Assembly: GCF_026571515.1 (NCBI RefSeq)
Contig: NW_026856964.1
Span: 124,001-188,000, forward strand
Reading direction: 5' to 3'
Source of the DNA: Ruditapes philippinarum
Lineage: Eukaryota
Length of the DNA stretch: 64,000 bases
The notes beneath the pieces are model-generated. The model worked only from the letters and a program-made list of their open reading frames with translations. It made no database searches and was not told the DNA's origin. The position numbers and the translations under genes were made by a program. The stretch's first letter is position 1. Every line of letters begins with the position of its first letter. Positions 1 to 12,600 of this stretch are shown here, piece after piece.

Positions 1-2969
1 CTACTATAACGCCATATACTAGTAAGAAAATCTGCCATTTTATTGCTCTCCGCGCGTTCCGCCATCTTGAATTCATCGTTGAATAAACAAAAAACACAAT
101 GCAAAGTTTCAAAGCAATTCATCCTGCTACTATGCAAATAAAAAAAACTATATGAAAACCTCTTACAAACAATTATGCGTTGAAAAGTAATTGGCAAAAT
201 GAAATTCTCAATAAACATACGATAAGATGTATGAACATTATTATGTTGTTAAGAACTACAATTGATTCCAAAATGCATTTCTTTCTAAGAACCAAGATGA
301 TTAAGAAACGTGATTAAGATGATTTGAGAAACGTAACTAATTAACAGCCCATTTGTATTTAAAACAGCATGCATCTAGATTCATGCTTATTTTCATGAAA
401 AATTTGAAACTGTATGTAAAAGTGAAATATTGTGAAGTGATCAAAGATAACAATTTTCATTATTTCAAACTTCGCTTACAATCCACGAAAATTACCAATT
501 AGAGGCTAAAAGTTGCCAAAAATAACTCTTACTGTGTTAGTCACGCAGTAGAAATATTGTGATTAATACTGCAAATCAGTCATAAAACGCATTTAAAATG
601 TAAATTATTACTGTAAAAGTCAAACATCTGTTTACTTTACATAAAATTTATTACATTTTTCTCAAGATTGATTTTCTTGAAATTTTTTGGATTATCTGGA
701 GGCATGCACCTTTAAGGATAATAAACGAAAACAAAACGTCATCAAACATGGATAACACGGAAAACAGTTAAACAAAACATTTTGTGAGGTTCTTGTGATA
801 AGTGAAGAAAAGTAAAAATGTACGTTTATTCAATATATACAATAATTGACGGTACCATTTTTTCTGAAATGTAAATATGCTCAATTAAAGTCGCCTATTG
901 TTCGATTTATTGGTATAAATTTAGTGTTACTTTTGTGTTCGATGCTCTTATTCAAAGTTTGACGAAAAACTTTCGTTTTAGTTGTATATAGGGCCATTTA
1001 AAGCTTTATTTTCTACTGTATGTACATTTTTTTCTTCAAAATATTCACTCCATAGAGGATATTAAATGAGTGTAAGTTCAATACTGAATTTATTGCACGA
1101 GTTGAATAAAATTATATTATGCGAGCCTCAGGCGAGCATAAATTATTTTATTCAACGAGTTCAATTAATAAAATACACTAATTAAATATTCTATTAAATT
1201 CCTAAATTAAATTAAAGACCGTTTAATGTGAAATAAGAGTCATTTTTCAATGACGCGCCTAAAGTATAACGCTAACATTTAGCGCGTCTTTACGCTATAT
1301 TTGTATAACGCTAATGACGTAACGTCAAAATATTTGCACGGCGTGCAATACCATATTTACGGAGTCGCCAAATCGGCACGGGTGTGTGATAAATGTAACT
1401 ATAAAACGTTGTCCATGTTTGCTGACGATCTACGTTAAATATTAAATTTTATATTTTATTATACATCGGAAAATAAAGTCAATATTGATTGAAAATATGT
1501 CTGCCGTTCAGAATCAATTAAGGGATACATGTTGTTACCCAATTTAATCTGAAATATAATCAACAGGTAAACATTGATATAGAAAAAACAAGTATAGTGT
1601 ACGATTATACAGAATTCACGCGACCTTGAAGCAGAAACGCTACGCATGCGCTGTGGATTTTTTTATTGATCGACCTATGTATCACTGCAGAGTGCTTAAA
1701 GCTTAAAAAATTGAGTGCAGTTTCTGGACCCCTAAGTTTTGTGGAATTTTGACTGATTTATGTGAGTATGATTTGTGATACAATGTTTTATTTATTTTAC
1801 TATTGTAATACCTTTATGTAACCCTACTGCATCAAAGTAACCTGGTTTATAGTTTATATACATGTACATTATAGAATCCACGGAAATAAATAGAACAGAA
1901 CGTTGTTCTAAATATTAACCTAGGTTTCTATTATGAAACAGGTGTTCTTATGAATGGGTTGGCATTTGATCGCTTTGCAGCATTTATTCAATAAATATAG
2001 AGGTATCTGGAATAAGTGGAAAAATAATAGGATATCTAATTCGTTTTATGTTTATTTCTTTTCTTTTTCTTTTTACAATACTTGTTCGTTTTCTTTCCTG
2101 AATGTATTTTCATTAAACCAGAAAGAAATTAGCAAATTATTAAAATCTATAAATCTTAAACAGCTCCACTTTTCGAAGGAAAGAAATAATGGAGCTAGTA
2201 AGCCTTTTTCGTTAAAGCCTGTTATGCCTCAGAAATGCTATTTCTATTTCATTTTATTTCTCAAAAACTTTCTATATTTTGGTATCTTAATTGTTACAGT
2301 TTCCAAGCAAATAAATACTTATAAGCCATATAGATGAACTATCTTTGTTCTTTTAGCAATTGGTATAGTTATAGTGAATTAGTATTTTGTATTGAAGTCA
2401 AAATACTAAAATGTATAAAACAATAAAAAAAAATAAATGTTAAAATTTTATTTAACAACAGAACTCATCTGAACAACATTTCATTTTTCATGAGACCCAT
2501 AACATGGCACAATATAAATTAAACATATTCAAACGAGGCCATCAACTTGTATACACCGATGTGTTTTAAAATCTCAAGTATAAGGTTTTAAAATTGTTTA
2601 CAGATGTAGCAGACTTGATATAATCAGGAAAGCCTCTCAAAATTCAAGATCCAGAATAAACAAAATACTTAGTATTTGGTCTAGGTAATGAAAAGTTGAA
2701 AATCAAATGATGAACTGTGAACATCTGACGAAAAAATAAGACATTTGAAAATAACCTGTTTCCTTTTGATAGCATCCAACGATATTACTCGTAACGCATG
2801 CAATGTATTGGTGATATTTTAGTAATTTTCTCATTTTATATACCAATCGTAGGTATTTGGTTGGTTAGCAACTGGAACATAATGTACATTGACCAATTCA
2901 ATACCTGGGACATGTTTTGAGATACTACAAATTGATATTTTAGTGACGGTTTTGAGTTTGGAAAACAAT

Positions 2970-5900
2970 ATGTCTTCTGCTGAAGAAACTAACAGGCTAC
3001 TGGACGGAAATGATTCTGGAAATGAAACGCTGACCTTTAATATTGGAGGAGTCGTATTCGAAACATACAGGTACATTTTTTTGTGTTTTTTCATGGAAAT
3101 ATAATTATGTATTGTCCGAATGGAAATAACCGTACTAGTGACATTGTCTATGGCAAGAGGATGATAAGGTCATTAGGTCCGATGTCCATGTCGTAGTGAC
3201 AGTTTGTGTTCGATCATTAACTTGAAAAAGCCTAGATGTGTACAGCATAGTAGGGACAATAGTGTGTAACTGACCCCTTTTGATTTTGAGGTCATTAAGT
3301 TATTTGGTCAAAGTAACAGCGAACTCCCGTGTAAAAATATTGTCCGATTAATTCCTAAAGGGTATTAAACCCATCATTTTTAAGGTACGAACTGTCGGGA
3401 CATTGTCCAGGACCAGGGGATTACTTCTTACTTTGAGGTTATAAGGTTAAATGCCAAGGTTAAAGCGACATTTTGTGAAATATCATTTAAATATGATCAA
3501 TTCTTTTAGATGGTCCAGAGGTTAGGAGGTCAAAGACAAAGTGACACGTGTGTTACTCATAATTACAGTTTCCTCGGACATAGTAAAACATGTCAGCGCG
3601 TGTCAAATGGCCTGTGACAGCTAAAAAATGCCCTGTACCTCACTTACTGCAGTGTTGTTTATTTAACATCTCCTTCTAGATCATTAATTCCTGCACGCTG
3701 AATATTAAATAACGCTTAAGCCGGTGCTAGGGTGCGTGAGAGATGATGCACTTTTACGTTTATCTCAAATGAACCGAGTCTGAACTGTTCATACAATATG
3801 TTTGTTTGAGACATCATTTCAAAACGTTGTAACATTTTACTAGCAAGTGAACATAATTATACTTTATTATGCCAATCATGTTATAATGTATTTTTGTATA
3901 TTTTTCGACATATTTATATATATTATCGTCAGAGTAATGGTTTGGATTTACGGCGCACGACATGATTCTGGTTTTATTTTCATTGTTTTATGTTACTAAA
4001 ATTAATCGTGTTTTGCTAGAATTAAATGGTAAATATTCAAAACGCAAAAAAATGCTATTTTGCAAAGAAACCAAACTATTTTGGGATAAAATCAACAAAT
4101 AACAAAACAAATACAAAACTATTCGGATCAAAATAAGAATCAATTTTACGATCAGGATCAATATTTTGATCCACTGTAAAATACCTGTATCTTGCAAAAA
4201 TAACAATTTTATTCTAAAATTTCATAAACTTTCTATCGCAAGTCAAGTTTTCTCAAATTGATATTAGATATTTCATCTTATAGCATAAACAATGAATATT
4301 ACAGTTTTTTAATTTGATCCTGATCTTGATCTTGTTCGAACACAGGATCAGGGGTTAAAACAACCTCACCTGCTGGAACAAAGAGATGCATAGACTCAAG
4401 AAGCTCAAAACCACATAATCATCTCTGACGATCACGTAGTGTTAAACATAAAGACAACAACTCAGCCACAAGTGGATATGGTAGATGTCATAAGAAAAAT
4501 ATTTTTGTAAGAACCAATACATAATAATTTAGTACCCATTAGACAATCTATCGTTTTGTTACAGATCTACAATTATGCAAATACAGAGCGGTCCTCTGAG
4601 AGATGAGAGTTTTCTGAAGACAATTCATAGACCTGGGAAAAACGATTACTTCGTTGATAGAGACCCGGATGCCTTTAAGGTTGGCACGCTATTCCATCTT
4701 AATATATTATGCTTGATATTTCCGTTAAATGAATATTAAACGGGTTATCTTTTATGACATATTAGGTTTCATTTAAAAGTTATATTTGTTTTAATGATAA
4801 CGATTGTATTGGACAATGACCAAGAGTAAAGTACTGAAAGCGTCATGATTTTGAGCTGGATAAGATACTGAATCCAGAGCACGGTTATGACAGAATGTAG
4901 ACTATAAAACATTAATTACATCTATCTGTAATAAGCCATATGCAAATTTAAGGAAACGAAGCGGAGCAGGTTTCAAAAAAGTAATTAACAAAACGAAAGT
5001 GTTTTGACCATCACCTTAGTGACCCCATACTATACACAAAGTTAGAGGGTTACCTAAGATATCAACCTACATATTTCATACCTGCATGCCAATTATGAAA
5101 AAAAACATAAGTATATTAATTGACAAAAAATATATGAGCAAAAGTGTAAATATCTATTTGAAGTGCCAGTGTCATTGACACAAGTGACCTCTTACTGTTC
5201 CTAAATTAGGAAGGTCATTTAAAGTATTTTTCGCCCGCTTAGCTCATACGAAGCCAAATGTCCCCGTGGCAACTGATCTCATACATTGAGTGTTTACTTT
5301 TATGAAAATTCTGGTATTGGTGATCATTAGTTGATTGGCAAAAGATGCTCTTAGATGAGAAGAGTCTTTTCATGTCACGTGACATAACCCTTTGCTTTTT
5401 CTTCAGAAGCATTAAGTAACAACTTAGATATTTGTCGTGCAGATGTATTTGGATAAGCTATTCTGACGGCAGTAATATATACATCAATTTATTTGAATTT
5501 TAATGTCTATCCCTTAACAATTTTTTAAGGGAATGGATAAAGGCATACCTTTCTGTTTTTCAAAATATTAATACTATTTATTGAATACTACACCAGAGAA
5601 AGATTTCTAGAATGTCTGAGCCATATGCTAGTACACTTTAATAAAGGTTGTTTCCACCAAATTGTATTGTCCATATTAAAAACTCTTTTGCATTGGCACA
5701 AATCCCTGTATATTGTTCTGACAATTTAGGTAATGACAAAGTGAATTTTGTAATAAATTATCAACTTAAAATGTGCATGTGTGTATTTTTCATTGTTTCA
5801 GATTGTGTTAAACTACCTACGAACTGGTCAGGTCTTTATCCCGTCAAATATCGATGGTCCTCTTGTAAGGAATGAACTCCTGTTTTGGGGCTTGACTCCC

Positions 5901-7366
5901 GATTTGAAAGTGATTGTCAGCGGAGATGTTCCATTGGTACTTATATGTATTCCTATATATGCACACCTTTACACCCTCGAATAGGGACAGAGCAAATACA
6001 TACAATCATGACAATGTTTCATCAACAAATGTTAATATAATTATTTATATATTATTACCATTGACTTTAAATGGTACCATGTGCCAACCAATTAATTCCC
6101 AAAATGGAAACTATAGCTGTCGATACAATTGTCCTATATTAAAAAGTTATGTGCATTTGGCCATTGCCATGCAAATTCTATTTCCTTAGAGAATAAACAC
6201 ATGTAGTTATACAACTTACGAGTACTGGCACTTTAGGTCGAACACAGATTTATATTTGTGACCCTCCAAATATATTCACGTATTGTACAATTAAATGTTT
6301 GATTTGTATACTTTAAAATATGAACACAAAAGAACAGTTTACCATATGCGTTTTCTTAAAGCATTAAAACTTTATATATTCACATATACAAATGTATATT
6401 AGTAATCATATACACTTGATTTCTTTCATGAAGAGATACATGTATATTTATCTTTTTTTTCAGCCCTGTTCTACAATTGGACATTTAGCAGGTGTGACTG
6501 AAAACAGAAATATGTCTCCTCACACTGGAACGGGAAACAAAATCTGGAATATTCTTAGCAACCCGGAAACGTCAATGTGGGCGAAGATATATGCCGGGAT
6601 ATCATATTTGTTAATGTTCCTGTCGGTAGTGATTTTCGTTGCTGCAACAACGCCATATTTGCAAACAGTTCAAACAGTAGAAACCAATACCACTGTGGAC
6701 CGTGCCTATGATAAAATCACTGAAGAACCCGTTGTACTTTTTGAGGCTACCATCATATCTTTAGTATGCTGTTTATTCTTTACTGTAGAATACATCTTAC
6801 GACTGTTGTACTCACCAAACAGGAAAAACTTCATTTTGTCTTTCCTTGGTATAATAGATTTCTTGGCTATTCTACCAGAATGGCTGTTTTTTATCATTGA
6901 AAATCTTGTAGCGGTTAATAAGTCGTTAATGTTTCTTCGTGTTTTGAGAATATTCCGTATCCTCCGTCTTTTGAGAATTTTTAAACATTTTAAGGTAATG
7001 CTAGGGACGGACGTTTTCGTGTACACTTTAAAGTCTTGCTTTGGGCAGTTGATTTTTATTACTTTCCTTTCATTCATTCTTGTTGTATTCTGGGGAACTC
7101 TTGTATATACCGTTGAAATTCCTGGTGACGAGTATGGAACACGATTTGAAAGTATTCCAGGCGCGTTCTGGTGGGCAGTTATAACAATGACAACCGTGGG
7201 TTATGGCGATATGTTTCCGGAAACTACTCAAGGACAAATAGTGGCTTCTTTATGTGCAGCATGCGGTCCATTGATAATTGGACTTCTTGTTGCTGTTCTA
7301 GTTAATGGTATGATCAACAGTTCCAGGAAGATAAAAATCCTTCCCAAGAAAATGATGTTTAAATAG
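2970..7366 (+). CDS. Voltage-gated potassium channel subunit, divergent Shaw/Kv3-like (copy 1, intact, about 417 aa, 4 coding exons)
   Basis: Exons 2970-3070, 4565-4679, 5802-5936 and 6464-7366 have GT-AG boundaries and matching phases (2,0,0). T1/BTB motifs: NIGGVVFETYR, YFVDRDP, LNYLRTG, GPL..EL.FWGL. S4: RVLRIFRILRLLRIFK. Selectivity filter: TMTTVGYGD. The exon 3 donor could alternatively lie after 5909. Confidence 0.9.
4040..4345 (-). repeat. Old dispersed repeat, homologous (inverted) to about 28570-28870
   Basis: Shared segments caagatcaggatcaaa.ttaaaaa, caagata...acagt.gat.aaaatattgat and tttatcccaaaa..gtttctttgca are collinear on opposite strands. Confidence 0.65.
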
Positions 7367-10300
7367 AAACTTCATTTGTAGAAGTAAATGTCAAATTTGT
7401 CTGTCTGTTTTTAAGACAATTTATACACTTATTTTGTCATACCGGCGGCCCATCTAACAGGCTTTTCAAAGGAGGACCGAGCTATTATTCAATTATTGTA
7501 TCACTATACCGGTATTTTAAAAATGAATGGTAAAAACCTCTTCTTTTTATCATCCTCTTTGAAGATAAAAATGTAATTTCCCAATCTTGTTTTGTCATAA
7601 CATTGTATTTGTTTTATATTTTCTCTTAACTGAATCATTATCGTATGGTATTTGTATGTATTTATGTATATTTTTTTACTTATACTGTTTACGAATTCCA
7701 ATTTCTCTCTCTAGAAAAGGTACTGTTAATTAAGTATATAGTTGTCTTGCTGGTTAACATTTATCCTTTGCCCTTATCGTAAGGGAGTTTTACTTTCATT
7801 GGGATGTTTAGAGTCAATGGTTAAAATATGGTAAACAATATCATGTGAGGTTGCCAGTTGGATTTCTAGTACTGTATGTTTAAAAAAATATTATCTAAAA
7901 ACATATCTTATCATTCTCTTTGTAATTAAATGTATTTTCTATTACCTGATTAAGTATCATATTGTATTTTATTTAACTATATTAAAGGCCATTAAAGCAT
8001 TCTTTTTGAATACGTTTGTTGAAATGTCTTACTTTTCGGGCCGTTTGTATATATTGAATATTATTTGATATTCAAATAAACCTATGCTTTGTAATAAAAA
8101 GTTTTAAAAAATTCTTGAAATTTGTTCGGGCCACCATTATAAATGTAGGTGAGGAATATTTTGCGTCGATCCATGATAACACATGCTTTCTGAATAAAGA
8201 GACATTAAATGCATTCGAGCCGGATTAATTAAGCAGAAAAAAACTACGGTCCCCTATTGCACTAAAACGTGTGCGATAAAGTATTTTTGTCCTTCTTTAA
8301 GTTTATGACATAATTTATCCATTTCGTTTTGATTGCTGATCCAGTATCCAAATAATTTATGGATATGATTGAAGCAGACTATGACACAAAGTATGTGTTT
8401 AATGTACTGCTAAATTAAACGCAACAGCTAGCAGACTGCGAGCTTATCAACCATGCTTTATTTCTTTCATTGAATTTGCTTAACGACGTTATAAAATCTA
8501 CATCCATTTACCATTACAAATGGAAATTATCCCAATAAAATGCAAATGTGCAAAAGCAGAATTCTGGAACGACATTGCCCTTTCCATTGCCCTATATAAA
8601 GAGAGGAGTTTAAATTAAAACCAAGTTCTGTTTATTCAATATACGTTCCGAATAGAAAGCATTTAGTCTTTCCCTTGTCCGTAATGCCTTCGTCTGGGTC
8701 AAAATCCTACGGTTAATCAGCTTAATGTCTTCTGTAATCTTAGTTAAAAAGAAAGAAAATCGCTAGTTAAAGTGATAATTTTAATTTTTATTCGCGCGTT
8801 TGTGTGTTGGTGCTTGTGTGTACATGCGTGCATGTGTGTGTGCGCGTGTGTGTGATTGAAAATTGCCTCTACATGATCAAAGAACAGTCATCCTTTAATG
8901 TTGAGATGTACATCCGTCCGTCACACACTTGCCTAAAGAATAACTTAAAAAAGTACTGAAAGAATTAAAAAAAACTAAGTGATATAAACCAATTAGTGGA
9001 ATTTCAGTGTCTAAGGGCCATGACTCTACCATGCTATTATTTTTAAATTGTATCCCTTAAGTTAATAAATAAATGCTTATTAGAAATATAACGAATTAAC
9101 TGCCAATGATGTTTCAATCAAACTTCACTTATTTAAAGAGATTAATGTTTTATAATCTTTCTTCAGGATAAGTAAAATATTTAAAAATGCTTGCTTTGAG
9201 TATACAGATTATATCCACATTTATCAGAATAGTTAAATTAGGTGCAGCATAAATAGAAATTGTATCATAGTTTGGAGACCTTTCTGTTCCAAATGAGTAA
9301 ATTCGTATACCCATAAAATTATTAGTTACCTGCACTCTAGTTATTACACTATCTGTCAGGTAGAAACATAGAGCATGCTTGTTGATTTGCTACATTTTAC
9401 TTGGGTTTTCTTATTCTAACAGGAGTGAACACTGTTTTACACCGAAAATGAAAGTAAAAAGGTTTACATCGAGTTCACCCGAGGCAATGTTTCAACTTAT
9501 TTCTCCATCATAACTTAATCGATTTTTTAAAAAAAAGCTTTTTGTGAAGCTAAATATGTCTGGTTTTAGAGCAGTATTTGTTTGTTTTTTCCTGCAAATT
9601 GAATACAGCATTATATCCTTAATTATGTATAGACTGTGTCCGGAGGATAACTTATTGAAGGAATTGTAAAAGCAGGTTCACACAGTAATACAAATTAGTT
9701 TTAGGATTTGTAGTAACCTTACACTTTGATCTTGTGTTTTTTGAACAACCACCTTTATGATAGCCGTAGAATCGCAGTATATTCAGCAAAGATAAAAGAA
9801 AGACATAAATGTGAAGACATACGTATACTAAACATTATACAATTTTAACAGAGAATATCAAATAAGAATGGATGTAAACAGACCGTTATGTTGATAAAAA
9901 GACGCAATTCCGCCGCCGCAGATGGTAGGAGGCGTTTGACTCTTTCGTTGACATATCTACAATTTTGCATACCAAAACTCAACAAGATCTCCGATGTTGT
10001 CAGAAAAAAGACCTCATAATATCTTACTGAATGGACTGATATTTGATTGATAGACACATTGGGTCCTATACACCTATACAAAAGGTAAATGGAAAAATTC
10101 ACATTGTTGTGTCAGGTCAACAGCCAATGTTAACGCAGGAACAAGAACCTTTCTTACACAAGCATTGGAAGTCTAAAATAGTACTAATAATAAAACCTAA
10201 AGAAAAAGCCATTTCACATCTACATGATTGCTTAAAATGCCTTATTATTGAATATAAACCCCAAAGGAAACTGCAGGTGCTTAGTGGGTGCACAGTATCA

Positions 10301-12600
10301 AGTATCAGTGTCTCAAAGAAGTAATTATTATAGTAGAGTGGAATGCATTTGCTCTTCATATCTTATCCTCATTACTTTGATGCAGGCAGCACTGATGGTA
10401 GGGTCAGAAATATTTGAACAATGATATTCTGTTGATCAAATACCGAAATATCTGACACAAACTTACATGACCATTTGGAACCAATTCTTCCTTCTCGATG
10501 TAGTAATTACTCTATTTTCATATCGGGTGATAGTCACTAGGTTTAACCAGTTAAGGTCAACAGACTCAATCAAGTCGAGCCTGCAACATTGTCAGTTATC
10601 CCGAATTGGGCTTTCTTTAGGGAGTTAGTTTTTACTATTTCAATAGAGTGAACATAAGAGCAGAGCATTATCTTGCTTATATTTCCGTCGTGTTGTTCCA
10701 ATTGTTCCAATTACAGGTCTAATCACATCGAGCCTGCAGTATTTTTAATTTAGTCGTTTTGGGCTTTCTTTCGGGATTCCGTTTTTCTATATTTTGCTAA
10801 AACCGAAGGACGATTCATGCTTTGTTCTTTTCGAATTTGATTGAATTGCAGTTTATGTGAGTCAGCAGGCCGATAAATAAGTAACACGTCATGAGGTAAG
10901 CAACACCTGTGAACATTCAATTAGTCATAAAGCGTTGTGGAATATTTCAATATAACCCTTATGCAATTCATGATGCCGCCATTGATCTAGCTTATCATTC
11001 AACAGTCTTGTAATCTAGTGGTGCATGTCTTGAGATTGCTGTAGGCGGACAAGATTACTAGATTTACCAGACTGTCACTACTGAAGCTAGAACATTCCCG
11101 GAAAAAGGGTGGACACATCTTAAGGAATCCTTGTGAGGAGGCGGTAAATAAAGTCGCCCGTACATATTATTCCTTGGAGATCGTTCAACACGACATTATT
11201 ATTTTGTGTACAGGTTTATGGTAATGTAAGTTCTTCCTATTTGTCCATTTTTGGCTTGGGTGGTTGAAGTTTTTATACTTGAATACGTCTAATCTGTGAT
11301 ATATACCAGTCTGACCCTCTGATCCCCTTTCAAAGTTCTTTTTTGTTTAGCTCCGTCCATTGTTTTTTTTGTTTTTTTTTTGTCAACTCATGGAATATGG
11401 CACTAATGTATTTCATTGAAGATTCCATTACAATCGCCGTATGAATTCATCTGTATACATGTTTCTAAATTCTTTTTCACCATTTTCGTGTTTTAATGTT
11501 GAATTCTGCTGAAGTTGGTACTGGGGTCTTAGGCGGTAGCTTGTTATTACCACTTCTGTCCATGAACAAGCTCAATCAAAAACCGAGACTGCAACATTTT
11601 CAAACGTCGTTTTGGGCGTTCTCTTCGTCTAATATTTTTTTATTTCTTTTTGTTTCACATGTTTATTCCTTAGATCTAGACCTATTCATCTAAAAATCCT
11701 ATAGTTATATAACATAAGCACAAACACACGAAGTTCATTTTTCTGTTTTTTATTTTTATTTTTTATTAAAGGCCCATTATTCCTAAGAAATGCTTTTATT
11801 TTTACTTCTAAATAGCGTTGTAATTTTCACGTACTGTCATAATATGCACAAATTTTCTCTTGGCCTATTACATGAAACATTTCATTTGTTGCTTTTATGG
11901 CAATTAGTACGGTTATAGTAAATTTGTTTGTTTTTTTTTTTTGTCTGGAAGTCAAAATACTACTATGTTTACATTTTGCTACCTTTATAACAAATTATTT
12001 TACATTTGTTCGCAACTTTCCTCAGGTAACAGGTATCTAACATTCTTTAAAACTATTATCTAAACATTATAAAATTCATGTTTGCCCTTTCGAAAGAGGT
12101 AAAAAAAATGTTTAGGAGGCATAATGTGCCTTTCACAATTCCAACTGGTTAAAATAACATCTATATATGTGCATTTAAACTCACCGTAGAAAACTGCGGC
12201 AACATTGCATGTATACTGTCTGACTATATTTATATATTTTTTCATTAAAACATAAATCGTTATCTAAAATGAGTTCAACAGTTACCCAATGGAAATACAC
12301 ACTTTAAAAGAAGAAATTATTAAATCAACCAATTAAAATGTATTTCATGAATTAAGAAATTATCGATTCGGCCAATCATAAAGATTAGGTTTATACTAAT
12401 GGCATGTCAGCTGCAAAAAGCCAGCGGCCTGATAATTCTTTTCTTTTAGTTAAATAGATAATTCTTTTATAAAAGAATCTCGGAAAGAAGCAAATGAAAA
12501 TAATACAGCGTAACAAATGTTTGACAGTGACAGAAAGTATTGGTCCTGATTAACCTGCGGTGACAGGTCAGTTAAAGCTGACCTACTTTGAACTTTGTTA

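Noticed and set aside
6706-7077. Antisense ORF conserved in both Kv copies (also 32769-33143)
   Set aside because: It is a shadow of the hydrophobic sense CDS; conservation follows from the near-identity of exon 4.
9260-9340. Segment repeated at about 15882-15996
   Set aside because: It looks like ordinary fragments of an old dispersed repeat, with no definable termini or coding capacity.
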